Source: Candidatus Dormiibacterota bacterium (lineage in GTDB: Bacteria; Chloroflexota; Dormibacteria; CF-121). From it: DNA of 64,000 bases. The stretch's first letter is position 1. The number at the start of each line of letters is the position of its first letter. Location: positions 71,700-135,699 of the forward strand of contig DASZZN010000034.1 in assembly GCA_035544955.1 (NCBI GenBank). Direction: 5' to 3'. Positions 28,764-36,215 of the stretch are shown here, one piece after another. Made by a program: the position numbers and the translations under genes. The notes under the pieces were generated by a model. That model ran no database searches and was not told the origin of the DNA. It worked only from the letters and a program-made list of their open reading frames with translations.

Positions 28764-29381
28764 CTAGTTTTCCTGTTCCCCGTGAAGCGCGTGGAACAGG
28801 GTGCGGTTCGAGTGCTTGCCGAACCCCGGGGGCGCCGGCATGAAGAAGTTCACGAACCCCCTCGAAGCATTGATCCCCTCGTCAACGGACGGCGGCGTGC
28901 CAAACAGGTTGCAGCTGACGAAGAGGATTCCGTCGAGTCCATCGGAGTACTTGATGCGGAGGACAGCCAGTCCAGCGCGCGTATCGGCGAGGCTTCCGAT
29001 GTGGTCGACGAGGGGTGGCCGCAGGTGGCCCGGCGCGAGAACCCAGCTGACGAGCTCCGTCACCCGATAGGTGCCGCTGCCCGGCACATCCGGATTGGTT
29101 GTGCTCCATGTCCCACCACCGGTCACCTGACGAGGATGCCCGGGCCGGAACGTTCCACTGCCCGTCAGGGTCAGCGTAAATTCACCCTCTGAGCTCGCTG
29201 TGTCGTCCCCGCCAGCTCTGACATCGGGAGGGCTGATGTCGATCAGGTCCCACCTTATCCTTCCGGCTCCCTTGCCGTCCCCCTCGGCGAATGCTACCGA
29301 CGGGAGGCCCACCGCACCGAGGGCGCCAACCGCCGCGGCAACTTTGATGATCTGCCGTCTGGTGATCCCCGGGTCTGTCAT
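28764..29381 (-). CDS. Tat-signal secreted hypothetical protein
   Basis: 'ITRRQIIKVAAAVGALGAVGLPSVAFA' twin-arginine signal. 205 aa. Confidence 0.6.
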   Translation of the reverse strand: MTDPGITRRQIIKVAAAVGALGAVGLPSVAFAEGDGKGAGRIRWDLIDISPPDVRAGGDDTASSEGEFTLTLTGSGTFRPGHPRQVTGGGTWSTTNPDVPGSGTYRVTELVSWVLAPGHLRPPLVDHIGSLADTRAGLAVLRIKYSDGLDGILFVSCNLFGTPPSVDEGINASRGFVNFFMPAPPGFGKHSNRTLFHALHGEQEN

Positions 29382-29533
29382 GAGTTCCCCTCCCTGACTA
29401 AATAGCGACCCTACTGCACGCCCGGCCCACTCCGAGCGGCTTCACCCTACGCCAAACTAGGATAACGGTCAAGATATTTTAAGAAGCGACTAATCCTGAG
29501 TTCGCTGTTACGCTCGGATACGATCGAGAGACC

Positions 29534-30424
29534 ATGGCAACGGACTGGCTCCTCCTCGACGGCTCGAGCCTGATGTTCCGCGCTTTCTTCGGCATTCCTG
29601 TCGGCGCCTTCAAGGCTCCGGACGGCCAGCCGGTGAACGCCGTGCGCGGATTCCTCGACATGCTGGCTCGCCTGGTCACCGACCGGAAGCCCAAGGCGCT
29701 CGTGGTCGCGACCGATGAAGACTGGCGGCCGGCATTTCGGGTGAAGGTGATCGCGAGTTACAAGACGGAGCGTCTCGAGCGCGGCGCGATGCCTCCGGAG
29801 CTCCAGCCACAGGAGCCGATCATCCACGCGGTGCTGCGCGCGATTGGCGTCGAGGTGATGGGGGCGGCGGGCTTCGAGGCCGAAGACGTGATCGCCTCGC
29901 TGCTGCCGAAGATCACCGGCAAGGTCGAGATCGTGACCGGTGACCGCGACCTCTTTTCGCTGGTGCGCGATCCGGACGTCACCGTGCTCTATACGCAGAA
30001 AGGAATCGGCAATCTGCTCGTGGTCGATGAGGCGGAAGTCGAGAGCCGGTACGGCATCCCGGGCCGTTCCTACGGCGACTACGCGGTGCTGCGCGGCGAC
30101 CCATCCGACGGGCTGCCTGGTGTTCCTGGTGTGGGGGAGAAGACCGCCGCCCAGCTGGTGCGGCGCTTCAAAGATCTCGATGGCATCATCGCCAGCGGCA
30201 AACTCGGCGACGCGGCCAATGCCTACATCGAGCGAGCGCGTCGGGTCGGCGTCCCGGTCAGCATCGCGCCCGTCCCAAAACCGAAAGGGACCCGCCCGGC
30301 CACACCCAGCGATCCGCAGGCGCTCGCAAAACCGAGCGAGATCTATGGCGTCGGCTCGTCGATCGACCGGCTCGTCCGTGCCCTGGCGGGACCACCGGCC
30401 GCCATTCGTACCCCGCGGCCATGA
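29534..30424 (+). CDS. 5'-3' exonuclease (Pol I N-terminal/FEN-like)
   Basis: 'LLLDGSSLMFRAFF', 'TGDRDL' and 'RGDPSDGLPGVPGVGEKTA' (H3TH) motifs. Confidence 0.85.
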   Translation: MATDWLLLDGSSLMFRAFFGIPVGAFKAPDGQPVNAVRGFLDMLARLVTDRKPKALVVATDEDWRPAFRVKVIASYKTERLERGAMPPELQPQEPIIHAVLRAIGVEVMGAAGFEAEDVIASLLPKITGKVEIVTGDRDLFSLVRDPDVTVLYTQKGIGNLLVVDEAEVESRYGIPGRSYGDYAVLRGDPSDGLPGVPGVGEKTAAQLVRRFKDLDGIIASGKLGDAANAYIERARRVGVPVSIAPVPKPKGTRPATPSDPQALAKPSEIYGVGSSIDRLVRALAGPPAAIRTPRP

Positions 30425-30825
30425 CGGGCCGGGATGCTCGCCGCGGTCCGCTCGCCTTCCTGCTCGATCCGATCGTGCTGCAGCGGCTCGAAGGTGGAAT
30501 GATGCTCGTGCTTTCGCTGCTCCTGTTCTGGAAGTACTCCGGCGCGTGGCTGCTCTACGCCGTGCTGATCCTTGCTCCGGACCTGTTCATGCTCGGCTAC
30601 CTCCGTGGCCCGCGCGCGGGCGCCGCGGTCTACAACCTCGGTCATAGCTGGCTGCTGCCCGGGCTCATCGGAATCGTTGGGGTTCTGGCCAGCGCGAGCG
30701 CGGACCTGCCCATTGCGCTCATCTGGTTCGGCCACATCGGCGTGGATCGGCTCCTCGGTTACGGCCTCAAGCTACCGACCGGCTTTCAGGACACGCATCT
30801 CGGACGCATCGGCCGGAATCGCTGA
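30421..30825 (+). CDS. DUF4260-type membrane protein
   Basis: 'LQRLEG.....SLLLFWKYSGAWLLYAVLILAPDLFMLGYL..P..GA..YNL.HS' matches my memory of DUF4260. 4-nt overlap with the exonuclease gene. Confidence 0.65.
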   Translation: MTGRDARRGPLAFLLDPIVLQRLEGGMMLVLSLLLFWKYSGAWLLYAVLILAPDLFMLGYLRGPRAGAAVYNLGHSWLLPGLIGIVGVLASASADLPIALIWFGHIGVDRLLGYGLKLPTGFQDTHLGRIGRNR

Positions 30826-30837
30826 TACGCTTGGCTC

Positions 30838-31107
30838 GTGATTGACCCCAAGCACCGCGTCACGATCGAATACTGCGTTCCCTGAAACTACCTGGACCAA
30901 GCCGTCGGTCTGGCGGCTGAGATCCTCGGGGCCTGGGCGCCCATCATGATCGAAGTGTCCCTGCGCACGGGCAGCAAGGGGCGCTTCGAGGTGGCGCTCG
31001 ACGACCAGCTCATCTTCAGCAAGGTCAAATTGCGTCGTTTCCCCAATCGGGGTGAGATCCTCGGCCTGGCCGAGCCGGTGCTCGGACCGCCGATCGCCTG
31101 GCGCTAG
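30838..31107 (+). CDS. Rdx-family (SelW-like) thioredoxin-fold protein with in-frame TGA (predicted selenocysteine) at 30883-30885
   Basis: Not in the ORF track because of the TGA. Read-through product: (M)IDPKHRVTIEYCVP-U-NYLDQAVGLAAEILGAWAPIMIEVSLRTGSKGRFEVALDDQLIFSKVKLRRFPNRGEILGLAEPVLGPPIAWR. It shows the Rdx hallmarks 'V.IEYC..[C/U]' and 'G.FEV...d.lifSK....RFP'. Confidence 0.7.
30900..30918 (+). promoter_or_regulatory. SECIS-like hairpin downstream of the in-frame UGA
   Basis: AGCCGUC[GGUCU]GGCGGCU forms a 7-bp stem (one G.U) with apical loop GGUCU. It starts 15 nt after the UGA. Loop sequence and spacing resemble the E. coli fdhF SECIS as I recall it. Confidence 0.45.
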
Positions 31108-32303
31108 CGCACAATTCACTCGTTCGCCGTCCACTTCCGTACCTGCTCGTCCTGGTGCTGGCGGCCGCGGCCTTCCAGTACTTCCGCCCGCTGCCGGTAA
31201 CCGCGGCGACCTCCGTCGTCCCAGCGCAGCTGCTCCTTGGAGCCGCGCCCGTTTTCCCCTGGCCCGCGCAGGGCAAGGCGGCCCTGTCCGTCGACGGCAT
31301 CGGCGAGGTCGGGAGCTTCGGCGGACAATCGCCGGTGCCCATGGCGAGCACCGCCAAGATGATGACGGCGCTCCTCGTTCTGGAAGACCATCCGCTGGTG
31401 CTGAACGAACCCGGTCCGGCGCTCACCGTCACCCGCGCCGATGTCAACACCTTTTTCGCCGAGCGAAACCAGGGTGAGTCCGTACTTCCGGTGGTAGCGG
31501 GGGAACAACTGAGTGAGTACCAGTTACTGCAGGGGTTGCTCCTGCCTTCGGCGAGTAACTACGCCGAGATGCTGGCGGCCTGGGACCTCGGCTCCGTGCC
31601 CGCCTTTGTCGCCCAGATGAACACGCGAGCGGTGGCGCTGGGCCTGAGCGCGACCCATTACGCGGATGTCAGCGGGTTCTCGCCGTTGAGTGTCAGCATC
31701 CCGGGAGATCTGATCAAGCTTGGACAAACCGCGATGCTGCAGCCGGTTTTCGCGCAGATCGTCGCCCAATCGCAAGCGACCCTTCCCGTGGCGGGCGTCG
31801 TTCGCAATCTCGATACCCTCCTCGGCCAGGGAGGCGTCCTGGGGATCAAGACCGGGCACACCGACGAGGCCGGCGGATGCTTCGTCATGGCGGCCGACCT
31901 GACGATCGACGGCCTTTCGGTGCGGGTTTACGGCGCAGTGATGGGACAGCCTAACGCGCTGGCTGGCGCCTTCAAGGCAACCAGTGCGCTGTTGCTAGGG
32001 CTTACCCCGTCGCTGCATGCGCACTCGATCGTCAGTCGCGGCGATGTCATCGCCCGCTTCCGGACGCCATGGGACGAGGCGGGGGCGATCGTGGCGAGCC
32101 GGTCGGTCACCTGGGTGCTGCTCGATGGGACGGCCGTCTCGCGCCAGGTGAGGCTCGACGAGCTGCCGGCCTCGCTCGCCGCTGGAACGCGCGTCGGGAC
32201 ATTGCTCATCGATGCCGGCGCCCACAAGGCCGAGGTTCCACTGCTCCTTGCTGCGCCGATCACTGGCCCCGATGCTGGCTGGCGCCTGACGCGCGGACTC
32301 TAG
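31098..32303 (+). CDS. D-alanyl-D-alanine carboxypeptidase (S11 serine peptidase, DacB-like)
   Basis: SxxK 'MASTAKMM', 'LLLPSASNYAE', KTG 'IKTGHT'. The track start (GTG 31155) removes the RR-plus-hydrophobic signal anchor 'VRRPLPYLLVLVLAAAAF' encoded in the same frame. The only start-like codon upstream is CTG 31098. Confidence 0.8.
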   Translation: MALAHNSLVRRPLPYLLVLVLAAAAFQYFRPLPVTAATSVVPAQLLLGAAPVFPWPAQGKAALSVDGIGEVGSFGGQSPVPMASTAKMMTALLVLEDHPLVLNEPGPALTVTRADVNTFFAERNQGESVLPVVAGEQLSEYQLLQGLLLPSASNYAEMLAAWDLGSVPAFVAQMNTRAVALGLSATHYADVSGFSPLSVSIPGDLIKLGQTAMLQPVFAQIVAQSQATLPVAGVVRNLDTLLGQGGVLGIKTGHTDEAGGCFVMAADLTIDGLSVRVYGAVMGQPNALAGAFKATSALLLGLTPSLHAHSIVSRGDVIARFRTPWDEAGAIVASRSVTWVLLDGTAVSRQVRLDELPASLAAGTRVGTLLIDAGAHKAEVPLLLAAPITGPDAGWRLTRGL

Positions 32304-32321
32304 TTCGGCTTACACGTCGTG

Positions 32322-33425
32322 CTATGCAGGATTGCCCCAGTTCGGCGGCTTCAGATCGATGCCGTCCGGAACGAACAGCAAACCATCGGTCCGCCCGCGT
32401 CGGTCGTTGACGCCGTACTGCCAGACGATCTGGTTCGTCTTTGGATCGATGACCACCACCCGGTTGCGGAAATCGTCGTTCAGCGCGATCAGCCCATTGC
32501 CGAGCTCGATCGCCAGCGATGGGTGGTCCAGCATTCCCGGGCCGGACCTGGGCGCATAACGCCAGATGGGCTGCCCCTTCGGCGTCATGATCAGGACCTG
32601 CCCAGGGCGGGAGTAGTCGACCAGCAGGATGTTCCCGTCCGGGAGCATCTGCGCGTCCGAGGGATAGCGGATGCCCGGCACCCGCGTCGTCCAGTAAACC
32701 GTGCCGTCCCAGCCGACCTCGCTCACCCAGGAGCCGAGGATCTCGGTGATCAGGACGTGCCCGTTGGCCAGCGGCGTGTCGCCATTCGGCAAGCCAAAAC
32801 TCTTCGGCGGATTGTGGGCGCAGTAGCCCGTCCGACCGAGCTGGGTCTTGATGGCTTTCGTGTCGTGAGCGATGAGGATCAGGCGGCAGTTGCGGATGTC
32901 GGCTACCCCGACGTTGCCGTCGGGCCACATGTAGGCGTCGTCCGGACCATTGAGATAGCCTTTGGCCGAGCCGAAACGCTCCGACACGCCGTACTGCCAT
33001 ACGATCCGGTGAGTCGCATAATCGACCAGCACGATCGCGTGCGACTCCTCCTCGTTGATGACGATCGATTTCCCGTCGGGTGCGTAGAACGCGTCGTCCG
33101 GCCAACGGAATCGCTGACCGGGCTGCAGGTCACCGGGTCGCGGAAACTCCCAGACGATCTTGCGGTCGGGCGTCACCTCGATCACACGGTTGTTCGCCCG
33201 GTCGGCGATCAGCAGGTTGGCGGGCATGGCGCCTGGCGCTGCGGTCGGCGTGGCTGCGGGCGTTGTTACAGGGAGGGGCGACGGCGGTGGAAGCTCTTCA
33301 CCCAGCTGGGCGGACTTCTGCGGCGCCGCGGTCGGCGGTGACCCGGAACAGGCGGCCATCGCAAGGAGTGCTATCCCGATCAGCGGCAGCGCAGTTATCA
33401 GTCTTTTAGGAAATGCCGGCTGCAC
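32322..33425 (-). CDS. lipoprotein with beta-propeller repeats (arylsulfotransferase/NHL-like)
   Basis: Lipobox 'LLAMAAC'. Repeated '..D..N.R(V/L)I.(V/I)......IVW(E/Q)(F/Y)G' blades (at least 5). Confidence 0.7.
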   Translation of the reverse strand: MQPAFPKRLITALPLIGIALLAMAACSGSPPTAAPQKSAQLGEELPPPSPLPVTTPAATPTAAPGAMPANLLIADRANNRVIEVTPDRKIVWEFPRPGDLQPGQRFRWPDDAFYAPDGKSIVINEEESHAIVLVDYATHRIVWQYGVSERFGSAKGYLNGPDDAYMWPDGNVGVADIRNCRLILIAHDTKAIKTQLGRTGYCAHNPPKSFGLPNGDTPLANGHVLITEILGSWVSEVGWDGTVYWTTRVPGIRYPSDAQMLPDGNILLVDYSRPGQVLIMTPKGQPIWRYAPRSGPGMLDHPSLAIELGNGLIALNDDFRNRVVVIDPKTNQIVWQYGVNDRRGRTDGLLFVPDGIDLKPPNWGNPA

Positions 33426-33500
33426 GCTGCCGAAGTATAGGCAATAGCGATTCGCCTCAAGAACGCCGTTCTTTGTTACTGTGAAAACGAGGGCTGGATC

Positions 33501-33632
33501 ATGGGATTCACGAGCAAGCCTGTCAGGGTCATCGAAATACCGGAACCGATCTCTGAGCCGCTGCTTGCGCCTGAGCGCGAGCCGCAGCGGACGGAGAGGG
33601 AAGAAGAGGTTCCGGCGACAACTCCGGCATGA
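33501..33632 (+). CDS. small Pro/Glu-rich protein (43 aa), translationally coupled to the next gene
   Basis: ATG 33501 with GAGGG upstream. Product: MGFTSKPVRVIEIPEPISEPLLAPEREPQRTEREEEVPATTPA. The stop overlaps the next start (ATGA). Below the track cutoff. Confidence 0.35.
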   Translation: MGFTSKPVRVIEIPEPISEPLLAPEREPQRTEREEEVPATTPA

Positions 33633-34225
33633 TCCCCGCCGTCGGCTATCGCTTCTGGCGCGTGGACCCCGACGATGCCTGGACCCGTGGCCGCCTCCAA
33701 TCGCCGGTCGCCGAGACGCTCTGGCCGCCCCTTGATCGGCTCGACGCGGAATGTCAAACCCGTCCTGGCCTGCGCCTCGCCCGCGCTGGACTGCACCGGC
33801 ACGACGAGGAGCGGATGTCGCCGGAGCCGGCGTGTAGCTGCGGCATCTACGCCTATCACGACATCGCGCCGATGACCCGGGCGCTGCGCGAAGAGCCTTA
33901 CATGTTCGGAGGGGCCGTGCTGTGCTGGGGGAGGATCGTGATCCACCCCGAGGGCATGCGCGCGCAGCATGCCCGCCCTCTGGCGCTCTGCCGCCCAGAA
34001 AGCCCGGGCGTCCAGCAACGGACGGCGCGCTTGCTCCGAGAGGTTACGAGAGAGTACGCGATCCCCCTGCTCGAGCTCCGCGACCTGGTGGCGTACGCGA
34101 GCGAGTTCGGCGCCAGCTACAAGCCGGAGGCGATTCCTCCGTCACGGCGCGGACTGGACCGCGTACGAGACGCGTTGTCCTGGCGTCAGATCCGCCGCCG
34201 CCTGGGCAAAGCCTTCGGCGGCTAG
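33629..34225 (+). CDS. conserved-looking hypothetical protein with C..H..CxC cluster
   Basis: 'GYRFWRV......L.S......W...........C......H.....P.CSCGIYAY'. 198 aa. No family name I can assign. Confidence 0.6.
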   Translation: MIPAVGYRFWRVDPDDAWTRGRLQSPVAETLWPPLDRLDAECQTRPGLRLARAGLHRHDEERMSPEPACSCGIYAYHDIAPMTRALREEPYMFGGAVLCWGRIVIHPEGMRAQHARPLALCRPESPGVQQRTARLLREVTREYAIPLLELRDLVAYASEFGASYKPEAIPPSRRGLDRVRDALSWRQIRRRLGKAFGG

Positions 34226-34235
34226 AGACCTGGGC

Positions 34236-34481
34236 CTACTGGCCCTCGCTGACCTCGTAAAGCTCATTCGCGGGATGCCCGGCCTTCTTGTGCACGGCCG
34301 CGACGGCCTCCTTGTTCGGCCCTTTCGCGAGGCAGAAGACCTTTCCAGCCTTGGAGTCGAGCCAGTAGCGCACGTACTCGACGCCGGTACCCTTTTGCGC
34401 ATCGACATCCTTCTGATGGGCTTCGGCGAGCTGCTGCGGAGTCACGTGCATCCCATCGTGTACGTCCATGAATGTCGGCAC
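34236..34481 (-). CDS. DUF4242-type small protein (SCO4226-like)
   Basis: GTG 34481 with GGAGG 7 nt upstream gives MPTFMDVHDGMHVTPQQLAEAHQKDVDAQ...VFCL..GP..EAV..VH..AGHPA.E.YEV. The track's longer N-terminus is Ala/Pro/Arg shadow sequence. Confidence 0.7.
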   Translation of the reverse strand: MPTFMDVHDGMHVTPQQLAEAHQKDVDAQKGTGVEYVRYWLDSKAGKVFCLAKGPNKEAVAAVHKKAGHPANELYEVSEGQ

Positions 34482-34524
34482 GAATCTACCTCCTGTTCCC
34501 TTCAAGCTGTCGTCAGTGGCCCTT

Positions 34525-36195
34525 ATGGTAGCGGCAATGCCTGACCCCGCCGATGTCATCGTCGTCGGCGGGGGCCTTGCCGGCCTGGTGGCAACGGCCG
34601 AGCTGGCCGACGCCGGTCGCCGAGTCATCCTCCTCGAGCAGGAACCGGCGCCTTGGCTGGGCGCGCAGGCCTTCTGGTCCTTCGGCGGGCTCTTCCTCGT
34701 CGACTCGCCGGAGCAGCGCCGGCTGCGGGTTCACGACTCGCACGAGCGGGCCCTGAAGGACTGGATGGTGACGGCCGGGTTCGATCGGCCGGAAGACCGG
34801 TGGCCCAGGAAGTGGGCCGAGGCCTACATCGCGTTCGCAGCCGGCGAGAAACGATCGTGGCTGCGCTCGCAGGGCATTCGGTTCTTCCCCATCGTCGGCT
34901 GGGCCGAGCGAGGCGGCTCGCTGGCCGGGGGTCCGGGGAATTCGGTGCCGCGGTTTCATGTGACCTGGGGCACCGGCCCCGGCGTCGTGGCGCCCTTCGA
35001 GCGGCGTGTGCGCGAGGCGGCGTCGCGCGGCCTCGTCAGGTTGCTATTCCGGCATCGAGTCGACGCGCTGACGGTCAGCGGCGGCGCCGTTGATGGCGTG
35101 CATGGGGCGATCCTTGAGCCGAGCGCGGTGGACCGAGGACGGCCCAGCTCGCGTGTCGCGATCGGGGAATTCGAGCTCCGCGGGCAAGCGGTGATCGTGA
35201 CCTCGGGCGGGCTCGGCGGGAACCACGACCTGGTCCGAAAGAACTGGCCGGCCCGGCTTGGTCAACCGCCACAGCAGATGCTCAGTGGCGTGCCGGCCCA
35301 TGTCGACGGCCGCATGCTGGCCATTACGGCATCCGCCGGCGGGACGGTGATCAACCGCGATCGCATGTGGCACTACGTGGAGGGGATCCAGAATTGGAAC
35401 CCGATCTGGCCTCACCACGGCATCCGGATCCTGCCCGGACCCTCGTCCATGTGGTTCGACGCCGCTGGGAATCGTTTGCCCGCGCCGCTGTTTCCCGGTT
35501 TCGATACGCTCGGCACGCTCGAGTACTTGAGGAAGACCGGCTTCGACTACTCCTGGTTCGTGCTGACGCAGGGAATCATCAAGCGCGAGTTCGCGCTGTC
35601 CGGGTCGGAACAGAATCCCGACCTGACGAACAAGGACATCGGCCTGCTCTTGCGGCGGGTGATCTCGAAGTCTGGCCCGGCGCCGGTCGAAGCCTTCAAG
35701 GAACGCGGCGCCGACTTCGTGGTCGCCACCAACGTCGACGATCTGGTGCGCGGCATGAACGCCCTGACGGACGAGCCGCGCTTGGATCTCGGCAAGGTGG
35801 AAAGCGAAATCGCGGCCCGCGACCGGGAGATCCCCAACGGAATGACCCACGACGCGCAGATCCTCGCGATTCGCGCCGCGCGACGCTACCTCGGCGACCG
35901 GCTGATTCGCGTCGCGACGCCGCATCGGATCCTTGATCCATCGGCGGGCCCACTGATCGCCGTCCGGCTGCGGATCCTGACGCGCAAAACGCTGGGCGGC
36001 CTTCAGACCGATCTGTCCGGGCGCGTCCTGCGATCCGACGGAACGCCCCTGCCAGGCCTCTATGCCGCGGGCGAGATCGCCGGCTTCGGGGGAGGAGGGA
36101 TGCACGGATATCGATCACTGGAAGGCACCTTCCTCGGCGGCTGCCTGTTCTCGGGTCGCACTGCCGGCCGCGCCGTCGCGGCCGCGCTCCGTTAG
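34525..36195 (+). CDS. FAD-binding dehydrogenase (fumarate-reductase/KsdD-like flavoprotein)
   Basis: 'DVIVVGGGLAGLVATAELADAGRRVILLEQE' dinucleotide fold. C-terminal 'GLYAAGE.AGFGGGG.HGY..LEG..LG.C.FSGR.AG'. Start is ATG 34525 or 34537. Confidence 0.85.
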   Translation: MVAAMPDPADVIVVGGGLAGLVATAELADAGRRVILLEQEPAPWLGAQAFWSFGGLFLVDSPEQRRLRVHDSHERALKDWMVTAGFDRPEDRWPRKWAEAYIAFAAGEKRSWLRSQGIRFFPIVGWAERGGSLAGGPGNSVPRFHVTWGTGPGVVAPFERRVREAASRGLVRLLFRHRVDALTVSGGAVDGVHGAILEPSAVDRGRPSSRVAIGEFELRGQAVIVTSGGLGGNHDLVRKNWPARLGQPPQQMLSGVPAHVDGRMLAITASAGGTVINRDRMWHYVEGIQNWNPIWPHHGIRILPGPSSMWFDAAGNRLPAPLFPGFDTLGTLEYLRKTGFDYSWFVLTQGIIKREFALSGSEQNPDLTNKDIGLLLRRVISKSGPAPVEAFKERGADFVVATNVDDLVRGMNALTDEPRLDLGKVESEIAARDREIPNGMTHDAQILAIRAARRYLGDRLIRVATPHRILDPSAGPLIAVRLRILTRKTLGGLQTDLSGRVLRSDGTPLPGLYAAGEIAGFGGGGMHGYRSLEGTFLGGCLFSGRTAGRAVAAALR

Positions 36196-36215
36196 CTGGT
36201 CGGCGGCTGGCGCGG

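Noticed and set aside
34468-34524. Track start (ATG 34468) for the FAD-binding dehydrogenase
   Set aside because: It would overlap the divergent DUF4242 start (34481). The extra residues (MNVGTNLPPVPFKLSSVAL) precede the usual short N-terminus before the DVIVVGGG fold. ATG 34525/34537 is preferred, though not proven.
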